This document shows, in pieces, positions 19,050 through 28,812 of a stretch of DNA of 64,000 nucleotides. The notes beneath the pieces were generated by a model. That model was not told the DNA's origin. It ran no database searches and was given only the letters and a program-made list of their open reading frames with translations. Each line of letters opens with the position of its first letter. The stretch's first letter is position 1. Source of the stretch: a virus. Lineage: Duplodnaviria; Heunggongvirae; Uroviricota; Caudoviricetes. Made by a program: the position numbers and the translations under genes. Where the stretch lies: positions 1-64,000 of IMG/VR virus record IMGVR_UViG_3300045996_002451; one strand, given 5' to 3'.

Positions 19050-19307
19050 TCAAGCATCGCCGTTTTTCTCCGCAATTGCTGCTTCAGTGGACTTCACGGC
19101 CCGCGTAAAAGCGCGCTGGATGACGTCCGGAATGATACTGCTTGCGAGCGACCACGTCCCGCCACACTCAGAGCACCGGACGTTGATCGACGAGCTGTCT
19201 CGGTTCGAAGTGACGCATGCTTCCGGCTCAGGCTCAGAATAAACAACGGTCTCGTAGACGGTGGTGGCAGTAGCGGTTACCACTACCTTGGTATGGTTAC
19301 AGTCCAT
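19050..19307 (-). CDS. small Cys-rich protein (MxCNH paralog)
   Basis: MDCNH...CSECGGTWS. Confidence 0.65.
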   Translation of the reverse strand: MDCNHTKVVVTATATTVYETVVYSEPEPEACVTSNRDSSSINVRCSECGGTWSLASSIIPDVIQRAFTRAVKSTEAAIAEKNGDA

Positions 19308-19310
19308 GGA

Positions 19311-19556
19311 TCACTCCTCTTTCGGCAACAAGGCTTCCACCGCATCAGAGGCTTCTTGCATGATGCGCTCGATGCGTTTAGGCATCTCGCTGCCATAGGA
19401 CCACTCGTCCCCACATTCTGTGCAGCTCGCTGATTCGGCAAAGCTCTCGTATGGATCGGACATGTACGGATCAGGTGCACTGTGCGGACGAATCGTCACT
19501 TCGTACCTCGCCTCCACCTTGATAGCTACGGTGAACTCAGGATGGTTACAGGCCAT
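19311..19556 (-). CDS. small Cys-rich protein (MxCNH paralog)
   Basis: MACNH...CTECGDEWS. Confidence 0.65.
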   Translation of the reverse strand: MACNHPEFTVAIKVEARYEVTIRPHSAPDPYMSDPYESFAESASCTECGDEWSYGSEMPKRIERIMQEASDAVEALLPKEE

Positions 19557-19559
19557 GGG

Positions 19560-19952
19560 TTATTCCTCGTCTTCAAAGCTGTAGACCCGCTTGCCGGAAC
19601 CGATCTCCGCTGAGGCGGGTTGGGCAAAGACTGGGGCAGGTGCCTTGTTAAGCCGCAGCGCGGCAAACGCCTTAGGCGCGGCGCCATAGGTGCATGCAAT
19701 GTCACTTGCGGATACTTCTTTGTAACCTTGCGCGAGTTGCTCCCGCACTTTAGCGGCATGGGCTTGTCGGGCTTGTTCCCGGGTCGGGTAGTCCTTGACC
19801 TGCTCGGTCTTGGTACCGTAACGCTTTCCGTAAGCGTAGAAATGGAAGAAGGTACCGTTGGCTTCAATCAGCTTGGAAAGGTAGCCCTTATCCGAGGTTC
19901 CCTTCTCGTAGTGCAGAAAGACCTCGTCATGAATCGTCACACCGTCGCTCAT
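19560..19952 (-). CDS. WGR-domain protein
   Basis: GTSDKGY...YGKRYG...KVREQLAQGY. Confidence 0.75.
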   Translation of the reverse strand: MSDGVTIHDEVFLHYEKGTSDKGYLSKLIEANGTFFHFYAYGKRYGTKTEQVKDYPTREQARQAHAAKVREQLAQGYKEVSASDIACTYGAAPKAFAALRLNKAPAPVFAQPASAEIGSGKRVYSFEDEE

Positions 19953-19975
19953 GGCGACCTCCTGTTACACGGGTA

Positions 19976-20350
19976 TCAAGTGTTGTACTCAGATCCTGCG
20001 ACCGGTTGAAACGTCGCACAAATGCTTACGACTACTCCGCCCGCATCAAGATTAGGTAGATCGGTATATTCCAACCGCGTAAACTGGGTAGGCGGTTCAA
20101 GCAGTAGGGTGCGCACGCGGTTGATTAGGCGCTCTACCGGCGAGGTAGCCTCGCGGTTTACCGCAGCCAGGGTGCTGCGCAGCGCTTCACCCCAGTCTGC
20201 GGTAGCAGTGATCTCGTAACAACCTTCACCCAGCGCACTGAGTTGAAAGAGCATGCCCTGGTCCTCGTACGGACGCAGGGCACGCAGAAACAGGTCTAAG
20301 CACTCGGCTCCGTAGAAACGGACCGCGGACCGTTCATCAGCGGGGTACAT
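19976..20350 (-). CDS. hypothetical protein
   Basis: AGGAG RBS. Confidence 0.6.
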   Translation of the reverse strand: MYPADERSAVRFYGAECLDLFLRALRPYEDQGMLFQLSALGEGCYEITATADWGEALRSTLAAVNREATSPVERLINRVRTLLLEPPTQFTRLEYTDLPNLDAGGVVVSICATFQPVAGSEYNT

Positions 20351-20447
20351 TGCAGTTCTACTCCTAGAGTTTCCGGGTGGGCGTACACGAGTTCCCCCAG
20401 GGCCTGGGACACGGTTTTCCCGTAGCCCCAGGCACCGGGCTTCTCTT

Positions 20448-21377
20448 TTACGTAGCTTCGGTAGTTGCCGTCCCCGAAGGGTTCGATGCAGATAATTGTG
20501 CGATCAGCTCTTTGATCGCCTGGCCCGCTAGTTGGTCGCATCGTTCGTTCTCCACATGACCGCGGTGTCCCCGCACGTGCTGGAAACGGAGGAGTCCGCA
20601 GCTCCTGACCAGGTCGACGACTGGTTGTAGGCGCTTCATACTTTCCGCTTGGAAGTTCTTGTAGGGAGCCTTGCCTTCGAGCGGAGGCCGTCCTAGTAAA
20701 GCATGCAGCGACATAATCGTCCACTCACTATCCGTAATGAGGTCCACAAAGAGCCGGGCGCGTAGCTCGGGGGCAAAGAACTGCAAGGCACGCGAGACGC
20801 ACTCCAACTCGGCCCGGGGCGAGCCGACCTGTTCCAGCCACTCGGCAAAGCTGTACTCGTGGGTTTTACCGGCTGACCGGATCATGTACCCGTAGCCCTG
20901 CACCGAGTGCTTGAGAGAGACTCCGGCGTCCGTCCAGACCTGTACGTACTTCAGCAGCTTGCGCTCTGTTTCCGGCAGGTAAAACTTGTGCTCGTCTTTG
21001 GGGCAGTAGACCACCGTGATCGGCTGCTGTCCGTGTCCGCGCTCCCGAAGTAGCTTGAGCGTCGAAACGCTGAGGCCATCCCAGAACACCAGGAGCGCAT
21101 GTGCCGAGGCGCTGATCTTCTGGATGCTCTCCTCTCGCGCCCGACTGCGGTTTTCGGGATGCTTTTCGTAGTCGGGGTAGTGTTCCCGGGCAGGTTTACC
21201 CAGGACACGTTCACTGTACCAGGACGCGAACGTGCTGATGCCATGCGCGTCGGGCTGCTTACCCGCGGTGACCAGGGTCACATCCGGACCCAATTGCATC
21301 TGATCCAGGACCCGCTTGACGTACTCGTAGTCCTTGAAGTCGCGGGCGCCCCAAACAGCTAACAAACGTTCAGACAT
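20448..21377 (-). CDS. SLOG (DUF2493-like) + RNase HI fusion
   Basis: N-term AVWGARDFKDYE...LVFWDG; C-term WTDAG, RAELE, TDSEW, HVRGHRGHVENERCDQLA. Confidence 0.85.
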   Translation of the reverse strand: MSERLLAVWGARDFKDYEYVKRVLDQMQLGPDVTLVTAGKQPDAHGISTFASWYSERVLGKPAREHYPDYEKHPENRSRAREESIQKISASAHALLVFWDGLSVSTLKLLRERGHGQQPITVVYCPKDEHKFYLPETERKLLKYVQVWTDAGVSLKHSVQGYGYMIRSAGKTHEYSFAEWLEQVGSPRAELECVSRALQFFAPELRARLFVDLITDSEWTIMSLHALLGRPPLEGKAPYKNFQAESMKRLQPVVDLVRSCGLLRFQHVRGHRGHVENERCDQLAGQAIKELIAQLSASNPSGTATTEAT

Positions 21378-21594
21378 TACGCCTCCTTGCGAAAGATGAT
21401 CTCCTCGTTGCGCCGGATCTGGGCCAAATTACCTTTGACCAGGATGGCGTAGTACCAGGGAGAATGTTCGTCCGCAGCAGCGCGAACATCCACCACTGCT
21501 ACCTCGTGGTCTTGCGAGTAGACCTGCAATACCAGGATGCAGGTCCCGTCCAAAAGCGTTACAAAGTCGCCGATTTTGATGTGCATGACTATTC

Positions 21595-21643
21595 AAAAAA
21601 GAAGACCGCCCTGCTGCCGAATGGGGCGAGCAAAGGCGGTCTT
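21595..21643 (-). terminator. intrinsic terminator
   Basis: AAGACCGCC...GGCGGTCTT stem plus T-run on minus strand. Confidence 0.65.
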
Positions 21644-21663
21644 TAACTATTCAGTATGACGCG

Positions 21664-22083
21664 TTATACCAACGCGGGTTCCCGTACGTCGACGGGCTGC
21701 GTGAGGCACAGATCGCGATTGACGCGTTGCAGCAGTTCCAGGTTGCGCACGATCTGGATGTTGCGCGTATCGTGCTCGGAAGCGGGTAAGGTACGCAGTT
21801 CTTCACACAAGGTGTACTGCATCGTGGCGAGGAGCCCTTGCAGCAACTGGTACGGATGCAGCTCGGACGCGATGAAGGGAAGTTCCCCGACCTGGCGGAT
21901 CGCCTCGTTCCGGATCTGATTCTCGGAAGAGACCTGGTCCAGGAAGGAAACGTCGGGCATCTGGACGGAAAGTACGGCGCGCAACTCTTGACGCACGGAG
22001 ATGAACAGGACAGAGATGGCACTCGGACCCGTCAACCCTACCTCGGCCAGTAGTTTGCGGACTTGTTCGGCTACATCAGTCAA
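21664..22083 (-). CDS. hypothetical protein
   Basis: 139-aa ORF, GAGG RBS. Confidence 0.6.
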   Translation of the reverse strand: MTDVAEQVRKLLAEVGLTGPSAISVLFISVRQELRAVLSVQMPDVSFLDQVSSENQIRNEAIRQVGELPFIASELHPYQLLQGLLATMQYTLCEELRTLPASEHDTRNIQIVRNLELLQRVNRDLCLTQPVDVREPALV

Positions 22084-22173
22084 AATCGCGCCTCAGTTCT
22101 AAAGATTAACAAAGGGAGGGACAAGCAGGGTTAGTGTATCAGAAGTGCGCCTGCTTGTCCACCACGAAAGCGC

Positions 22174-22437
22174 TTAATCGTTGACCCGATCGATCGCATC
22201 CTGTACCGCACTTCGCATACGGTTTATTGTCGGTGTCACCGCTTCTTTGAGCGGTTCCGACTGCTCTTTTGTTGCGCTTGTAAACCCGTCTACCAGACCT
22301 CCCACCGCGCCGAACGCACCGCTGACCAGTGCGCAGACGCCTTTTACTGTACCGCGAGAAAGGGTGCGTGCCAGATGGTGGGTTGTCTGGTAAGCAGAGG
22401 CACTGACAGGTTTCTTGTTATCAGTTTCGGTAGACAT
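22174..22437 (-). CDS. hypothetical protein
   Basis: MSTETD..., glycine-rich hydrophobic segment. Confidence 0.55.
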   Translation of the reverse strand: MSTETDNKKPVSASAYQTTHHLARTLSRGTVKGVCALVSGAFGAVGGLVDGFTSATKEQSEPLKEAVTPTINRMRSAVQDAIDRVND

Positions 22438-22510
22438 CTTCAGTTTTCCTTTCGGTAACTTACTGCTTAAAGGCACCCGAGAGGGAGTGGGGCTAGCCCC
22501 ACTCCCAGGG

Positions 22511-24451
22511 TTACTCGTCGTTGGCCACGCCGACGTAATCGTAGTAGAACGTGCTGATACTACGCACGGCCTCCCGATCTTCCGGCGATTCTGGAAACTG
22601 GAGCTGGATCATGTTGCGCCCGTGCTGATCCACGGCAACCCCGCGCGCAGCTTTGCTTTGGCGGCTTTCCGTTTCCACGGCCCGCATCACCCCAATGACG
22701 CCGGTAATACAGGAACCGATCTGTACCGGCAGCGTCCCCTTTTCCAACTCAAACCCCATGTCCAGGAGTTCCTGGGAGATCTGCGGAGGAAGGGCTTTGC
22801 CGGTGGCGTCGGTGTACGTCAACGCGTTGCAGAAGAGCGGCAGTTTACCGGTCTCCGGATCTTCGATTTGCCAATGTTCGAAGCCGCGCTTGCGCAAACC
22901 ACAGGAGATGATGTGCACGAGCGTTGCCATGTCCCACTTGGGGTGGATCTTCTTCAGGCCCGCCGCCCATGCCAGCGCGGAAAGGTACGCATCGCGTGCG
23001 CCCTTACCCAACCCGGTCTTTTCCGAGACGACCAGGTCCACTTCGACGCGTTCTCCGTTCGGAAGATAGGTCCACAACTGACGCACGGGCCGGGTCACGG
23101 CTTTGATGCCGCCTGCGGCCAGTTTGATTTTGTCGTAGCCCATCTTTACCGGTACATCGTACCAGTAGCGGTACCGGATGCGGTAGATCGGCGTGGTGTC
23201 ATCCAGCATCTCCGTCAACTCATAAATGGGTTGATGCTTGAAGCCGGGTAACAGCGCCAGTTCTTCGCGCCGTTCGTCCCATTCCTCCTGGGTAAGCTGC
23301 TCGCTCTTGGTGTGGTAGGCCACGAGCTTACGGCGTCCGGAAGGGGTGACTAGGAGGGCGTCTCCCGAAACGATCTCGCCGTCAGCCAGATCTTCTGCAG
23401 CTACGCCCATACTTTCCAGCTCGGCGCGTTCAGTCGGGTCCGGCTCGAAGACGTTTTGTCCCTGGATGTTGATGAACGCAACTACCAGGCCTTTCAGGCG
23501 ACTACTCAAGATCGGCGGACGCGGATGTCCGATACTCTGGAGCAGGGGATGTCCGTCCTCTTGGGTGACGTACGGAAAGCACGTCGGCCAGGCTCGCCCT
23601 TCACGGTGATCGCGCAGGGGGTTGGCATGACACCCAAACGGGTTGCGCGCCAGGACCTCATCCGGAACCGGCTGTTGGGTGACGAAGCTGAGCGGGTTAC
23701 CGGGACGTACCCGCATGACATGCCGTCCCACGTCACTCTTACCGGTGTGCAGGACACACACGAACGGGTCCAGGTACTCGATGAACTTCAGCTTGATCGT
23801 CTCTGCCAGCAAGGTGTCTCCGGGTACCGCAGGGTACCCGAGTTCCACTTCGTGCATCTGGAAACAGAGGAGCGCGTCGTCGGTCAAAGGCATGCCGGAA
23901 AGATCGGGTCCGCCGTTGACTAGCTGGGAGATGGCCCGCTGCAGGTAGGAACGGCACAGCTTGGTGTCCGGTCTCCGAGTGCTGGAGACCAGTCCTTTCG
24001 CTTTGCCTTCCTGACGATCCTTCGGAGAACCGAAGAACGCCTCTACCAGGGCATCGAACAGCCGTCCGTAGAAGTTGTCCCACCGCCAGCCCCATTGTGC
24101 CAGCGGCGTCTGCCCAACTCGACTGCGCGTTGTGGGCAGGGCTTCGAGCGCCAACTGATCGGCTAACGTGGACCGGAGCCGCGGATGGCAGAAGCGGAGG
24201 GCGCCTTTGGGCTGCTCCTGTTGCGGCCCCACAAACTGGATCAGGTGACCGTGGATCCCCGCGTCCCAGGCGTAGGGGATCGCTTTGACGGTAGGCAGAT
24301 GCAGCGTCACATCCACGTAGTCCACAAAGCTGGACCAGAAGGTGTGCACCCGTACCAAGGCACGCTCCGTGTCGGTCCAGGAGAGCAGTTCCAGAATGGG
24401 AGCGCCGTCCGAGCCGCGCATGTTCAACGCTTCTTGGTAAGAACTGATCAC
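22511..24451 (-). CDS. diverged RNA polymerase beta-like subunit
   Basis: GYDKIKLAAGGIKAVTRPVRQLWTYLPNGERVEVDLVVS aligns with beta GDKMAGRHGNKGVIS...MPYxxxGTPVDIVLN; next to beta'-like gene. Confidence 0.7.
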   Translation of the reverse strand: MISSYQEALNMRGSDGAPILELLSWTDTERALVRVHTFWSSFVDYVDVTLHLPTVKAIPYAWDAGIHGHLIQFVGPQQEQPKGALRFCHPRLRSTLADQLALEALPTTRSRVGQTPLAQWGWRWDNFYGRLFDALVEAFFGSPKDRQEGKAKGLVSSTRRPDTKLCRSYLQRAISQLVNGGPDLSGMPLTDDALLCFQMHEVELGYPAVPGDTLLAETIKLKFIEYLDPFVCVLHTGKSDVGRHVMRVRPGNPLSFVTQQPVPDEVLARNPFGCHANPLRDHREGRAWPTCFPYVTQEDGHPLLQSIGHPRPPILSSRLKGLVVAFINIQGQNVFEPDPTERAELESMGVAAEDLADGEIVSGDALLVTPSGRRKLVAYHTKSEQLTQEEWDERREELALLPGFKHQPIYELTEMLDDTTPIYRIRYRYWYDVPVKMGYDKIKLAAGGIKAVTRPVRQLWTYLPNGERVEVDLVVSEKTGLGKGARDAYLSALAWAAGLKKIHPKWDMATLVHIISCGLRKRGFEHWQIEDPETGKLPLFCNALTYTDATGKALPPQISQELLDMGFELEKGTLPVQIGSCITGVIGVMRAVETESRQSKAARGVAVDQHGRNMIQLQFPESPEDREAVRSISTFYYDYVGVANDE

Positions 24452-24705
24452 AGGAAAACTCCTACTTTGGTCAGGTCCGCCACGCCGCGGATCTTCCGAA
24501 ACTGCGAAAGCAGTTGCTCGCAGATGGTGTGCGCGCGGGGAGGCACATCGCCGATCGAGAACTCGCGCGTCCCCCAGACGTAGCTGTAGCTGGACTCGTC
24601 GGTGGGATCTTCCGCCTGAAGCATCAGCGGTAGTCCCGCTAACCCGCCAGGATACTGAAGGTACCAGATGCCGTACTGATCACGGGTTAACAGAAGCTTT
24701 TTCAT
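24448..24705 (-). CDS. hypothetical protein
   Basis: coupled ORF within RNAP cluster. Confidence 0.6.
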   Translation of the reverse strand: MKKLLLTRDQYGIWYLQYPGGLAGLPLMLQAEDPTDESSYSYVWGTREFSIGDVPPRAHTICEQLLSQFRKIRGVADLTKVGVFL

Positions 24706-24708
24706 GGC

Positions 24709-24966
24709 TTACTCCGGAAGAATGTCGAGGCGCGACCAGGTAATGAACTTGCCGCCGTGCTCAGATCTATGTGGTTCGAACTTCTTGTATCCTCCTCCAG
24801 GGAGGACTTCATACCACAGACTATCAATCAGCTCGGCCACGCGCGTCTCGCCGATAAAGATGACGTCTAACTGGATGGAGATCGGTCCGTCGAGACCAGG
24901 CGTGTACGCATGGGGACGACTCCAGTCATGTGTGTCTTGTTGGGGGTTAGAAAAACGAATCTTCAT
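24709..24966 (-). CDS. hypothetical protein
   Basis: MKIRFSN... Confidence 0.55.
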   Translation of the reverse strand: MKIRFSNPQQDTHDWSRPHAYTPGLDGPISIQLDVIFIGETRVAELIDSLWYEVLPGGGYKKFEPHRSEHGGKFITWSRLDILPE

Positions 24967-24967
24967 G

Positions 24968-25324
24968 CTAGCTTTTCCCCCGCGCCGTACTAGACGGCTT
25001 GTTGTAGGCCAGCACTTCCTCGTCAAATTGGCGTGGTGTCAGTTGCAAGGTATGCAGCACGTCGCGAATGGCTTGCCCAATCTCGGAAAGATGTTGCGCC
25101 TCTCGGGCAAAAGCCACCTGCAGCATCGGACACGCCTTTTTGCGCAGTTCGGGAGAGTTCGCGCAGCGCTGCAACGCCTCAGTAAGGCTGGACACAGTTT
25201 CGTTTTTAGGCAACTCCAGCCACGAGATACCGCCGCGCCAGTGCGCCATCGCGCGTACGAGGACGGTGTTTTCAGCAGGGGTAAGTTGCGTACCGACTGG
25301 GACTGTGTGAGGATCAAGAGACAT
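24968..25324 (-). CDS. hypothetical protein
   Basis: MSLDPH..., GGAG RBS. Confidence 0.6.
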   Translation of the reverse strand: MSLDPHTVPVGTQLTPAENTVLVRAMAHWRGGISWLELPKNETVSSLTEALQRCANSPELRKKACPMLQVAFAREAQHLSEIGQAIRDVLHTLQLTPRQFDEEVLAYNKPSSTARGKS

Positions 25325-25380
25325 GTTCGTTCTCCGGTACACGGGTAACGGTGGGGTAGCTCTTACCCCACCGTTAACAC

Positions 25381-27042
25381 CTAGTATTGATACAGCTCGC
25401 TGAAGTCCGCGATATCCGCCAGGTCGTCCGACTGAGAGACGGGCCACTGGGTAACCGCGGCGCCGGTGAGGTCGGCGAGCATGGCGTCATAGACCCGTTC
25501 GGGTGGGATCTCTAACTGCATCATGGCGTCGAGCATCGCCAGGACACTCTTCTCCATGCTCTTGCGCTTCAGCACGAGAGCCCAATAGACCGGACTCTTG
25601 GCACAGAAGCTGCGGAGATTGCCTTCCGCGAGCCGCCAGGCAGTTTTCAGCACTTCCAGACTGTCCGGAGGGATCCCGATCTGTTCTAACCCTTCCCAGT
25701 CCAATTCACCGCCCTGGAGCAGGGTTTCCATGTGCGCGTACGGATCCCAGGTATGGTTGCTGGCAAACTGGGAGTTGCCTGCCCCTTTGCGCGCATCCAT
25801 GCAGTTCTCCATGTACCACTCCAGCAGTCCGTACGAGAGTTCGTAGGCCCGCTTCATGGGTAGCCCGCCTTCCAGGCCCAGTACGCGACTGCACCACCAG
25901 CCAATGGCCATGGTGTAGACTGCGACGTGCTGCCGCGTGTCGGCGTTGTGGATCGCCTCTTTGCGCAGGTGGGTGGAGGAAAGGGCCGGAGGCATGAACT
26001 TATCCTGAACGGTCTTCTCTTTGACTCCGGCAGCAATGAGCTTTTCCGGATGGAGGAGACTGCCGAGGGACATCACGCTGTGGGTCTCGGTCCAGGTGTC
26101 GTACTCTTGGAGTGGCTCGAGCTTCAGCACTTCCAGCTCGCCGCTGAGGACTTCCTTGACGCGGAGGAACGCGAACGCACAATCGCCGTCCTCATCGCCT
26201 AGCCACAGCTTTTCCAGGTTCCAGGGGTTGGCCCAGATGACCTTGCCGTTACCGGGAACTATCCGTAGTGTCATAGCCTGGATACCGGAGGCGTTGGCCA
26301 AAGGAAAGCGGATGCACCAGCACGGCATCCCGTCGAGCAGTTCCCAGACTAGCTGGAGGTAGCGGTGTTTTTCAGTTTCACTGAGGGCACCCAGGCCCTG
26401 AGCAAATAACTGCGCCGCATCCGGGTAGGCTGCAAACAGCTCCGGATGTTCTTTGTAGACCCCTTTCAGGATCTGCTTGGCAAACCCTTCCGTCACAGCG
26501 ATCTGCCGCGGAGGAAGATTTTTGCGCGTCTGCACGTGCGCCATGAAACCGGGACGCTCCCGGACCTTGATCATCCCACCCTTGAGCACGGACGCCAGTA
26601 ACCGCCCCGAAGCCTCGACCATTTTGGCGATCTCGTAGCGGTAGTTGTAGTCCTCGTTCTGGGTGAGGTAATTGGACAGGAGGTTGTTGGCCCGGACAAA
26701 GAGGTCCGGTACCCGAATCTGGATACCGAGGGGACGACCCTTCTCATCCCAGACCCGTTCTTCCATCAGTTCACTGCGACGCAGGGGCGGCAACTTTACC
26801 AGGTGATACGGCTCCGGTAAGAGCGTGGGTATCTGTACTTCCGTTTCAAAGTACGCCCCGGCAAGCACCGTGCGGTGCAGGTCCGTGAGTTGGAGCACGC
26901 GCCGATCCGAGGTGGAGCGGACGCTTTTTGGGTCACGTACGATGCACAGATGCTGCGACCCGCCGACCCATGGGTAAGGTACGGAGGCCGTGATTAAGGA
27001 CGTAGCGGAAGACGAAACAGGAGACGTATCTACGGTAGACAT
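25381..27042 (-). CDS. diverged RNA polymerase beta'-like catalytic subunit
   Basis: IRFPLANASGIQAMTLRIVPGNGKVIWANPWNLEKLWLGDEDGD matches beta' NRAPTLHRLGIQAF...IEGKAIQLHP...NADFDGD. Confidence 0.82.
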   Translation of the reverse strand: MSTVDTSPVSSSATSLITASVPYPWVGGSQHLCIVRDPKSVRSTSDRRVLQLTDLHRTVLAGAYFETEVQIPTLLPEPYHLVKLPPLRRSELMEERVWDEKGRPLGIQIRVPDLFVRANNLLSNYLTQNEDYNYRYEIAKMVEASGRLLASVLKGGMIKVRERPGFMAHVQTRKNLPPRQIAVTEGFAKQILKGVYKEHPELFAAYPDAAQLFAQGLGALSETEKHRYLQLVWELLDGMPCWCIRFPLANASGIQAMTLRIVPGNGKVIWANPWNLEKLWLGDEDGDCAFAFLRVKEVLSGELEVLKLEPLQEYDTWTETHSVMSLGSLLHPEKLIAAGVKEKTVQDKFMPPALSSTHLRKEAIHNADTRQHVAVYTMAIGWWCSRVLGLEGGLPMKRAYELSYGLLEWYMENCMDARKGAGNSQFASNHTWDPYAHMETLLQGGELDWEGLEQIGIPPDSLEVLKTAWRLAEGNLRSFCAKSPVYWALVLKRKSMEKSVLAMLDAMMQLEIPPERVYDAMLADLTGAAVTQWPVSQSDDLADIADFSELYQY

Positions 27043-27149
27043 AGGCCCTCCGGGACCGGGTCAAAGAGGCGTCTATATAAACCACCGTGAGGTGGGAAAC
27101 CGGGTAGCCAGACGGTTAAGCCTGGCTACCCACGTACTACGGGCCTCTC

Positions 27150-27947
27150 TTAGGAGAGGTTGTCTTGCCACGGGTTGTACGGTTCATCGGAACCGGCACC
27201 TGCGGGGGCCAGCTCACGCGGAGGCGGCGCATCCTGGTAGCTGCTGCTGGTCGGAGCGGAGACGCCCGGCTGCACGTTGCGGAAACGCTCACGTCGCTCT
27301 TCCGGAGTCTCGCGGTTCTTGCGGGCCGACTCGTACGGGAACTTTTCGGCGACCATGACCGCCGTCATCACGCCTTCCATGTTCTGGAGGTTCTCCAGAG
27401 TGGCCAACCGATTCTTACGGGTAGCCGGACCGTTGGCCGTGGTGCGCACGAACGAGGTGTACAAGCGGCTGGCGAACTCCAGCTTGTACGTCTTGCCGTC
27501 GAAACCGAGGTCCACGGCCAGCACGAGCGCCTGGGAGTTCTCGCCGACCGTCTGCGGGATCACGAGCGCGTAGCTCCAGAACGTGCTGGAGCCGCTTTCC
27601 GTCGCGGTACCGAAGCGCTCGACGGCCACGAGGTACGCGGTCTGATCGGCGTTTTCGTCCAGCTCGATCTTGTACGCTTCGCGGTTCTGCGGCTTGACTT
27701 CCAGGTAGCCCTTGATGGAATCGACCAGGGCGCCCAGCTTCTCGAACGCGACCGCGGTCAGGTTGGCGATGTGGATGCGCGGAAAGCGGATGACCATCGG
27801 CGCGTTGTTGCCTTCGAACACGGCGCGCAGCTTGTTGGCGGAGATCGGATCCACGTTGTCGATCTCAACCGCCGCGGTGATGACCTGATCCAGGATGTCG
27901 GTGCGAGCGTCGCGCGGAGCCACACCATCTCGAGTAACGATATACAT
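27150..27947 (-). CDS. hypothetical protein, probably highly expressed
   Basis: 265 aa, strongly C/G-ending codons, preceded by both recurrent motifs. Confidence 0.75.
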   Translation of the reverse strand: MYIVTRDGVAPRDARTDILDQVITAAVEIDNVDPISANKLRAVFEGNNAPMVIRFPRIHIANLTAVAFEKLGALVDSIKGYLEVKPQNREAYKIELDENADQTAYLVAVERFGTATESGSSTFWSYALVIPQTVGENSQALVLAVDLGFDGKTYKLEFASRLYTSFVRTTANGPATRKNRLATLENLQNMEGVMTAVMVAEKFPYESARKNRETPEERRERFRNVQPGVSAPTSSSYQDAPPPRELAPAGAGSDEPYNPWQDNLS

Positions 27948-28051
27948 TGGAAGCTCTCTTTCTGAACAGTGACGAGGCTCTCTAGGAGCCGGGTTGTTAC
28001 ACGGGTATCAACAGTGGAAGGAGGGAACCCGTAACCCCAAACCTTCCCCAA

Positions 28052-28066
28052 CCCTACACGCAATCT
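28052..28066 (-). promoter_or_regulatory. candidate phage promoter AGATTGCGTGTAGGG (representative copy)
   Basis: exact copies also at 28682, 42985, 58058; variants at 48959, 56046, 59295, 59965; always upstream of minus-strand genes. Confidence 0.7.
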
Positions 28067-28224
28067 AGCGGTCCGCACCCTCTGAAAAGAGAACGGACCG
28101 CTTAACTTTCCTACCTGCACCTACTGTTCCAGCGAGGCTGTACGCGAACGCGCCTGCTTGTGCGGCCCACTTACCGCGGCCTTCTGGAAAAGGGATAGCC
28201 AGTATGAAGTTGTGAATGGCTTGG

Positions 28225-28594
28225 TTAAGCCGGAGAAAGCTTACGGTGATCCATTTCCGCTTCCATGGCTGCTCGGAGCAGCGCGTCCCCTGCGGCGTCT
28301 AGGTCGAGGGGCGTGGTGAACTGAAGGGACTTGCCGAGCAGGGACAGCATGCCGTGCTCCTTCAGGAGCGTGGTGACCGCATCTGCCGTCTCTTGGCAGG
28401 TCAGTCCGGTGCTGTCTATCTCCCAGCACTCTGCACCCACAGGCCGGGCGATATACCCGATGGGAGCTTCGACTTCCTGAAGCTGACCGCTCTTCAGGTT
28501 GACTTCTGAGACGGTGCGGGTCACGAGGAACATCTCGCGGGTGCTGTTGTGCAGCGGTTTCAACTCAATTTGAGACATGGACGTAGCTCCTGAC
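28225..28594 (-). CDS. hypothetical protein
   Basis: ORF downstream of promoter motif; start uncertain (28594 or 28579). Confidence 0.6.
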
Positions 28595-28756
28595 ATAGTG
28601 AGTGTGATGGCAACGCTTCGGGTGTCATGTGGACACCCGTAATCTGGGAGAGGGCGAGCCTTAAACTCCACCCAACCTCACCCCTACACGCAATCTCCTA
28701 AGCTGGCAGAATCTCCCAAAAGAGAGAACCTTCCCTCACTTTCCAGCCCTGACCAT

Positions 28757-28787
28757 AAAAATACCCCTGCCTGTAAGGCAGGGGTAT
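28757..28787 (-). terminator. intrinsic terminator
   Basis: ATACCCCTGCC/GGCAGGGGTAT stem plus T-run after helicase. Confidence 0.7.
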
Positions 28788-28812
28788 CTCTACGTAGGAG
28801 ATCAGCTAGTAC

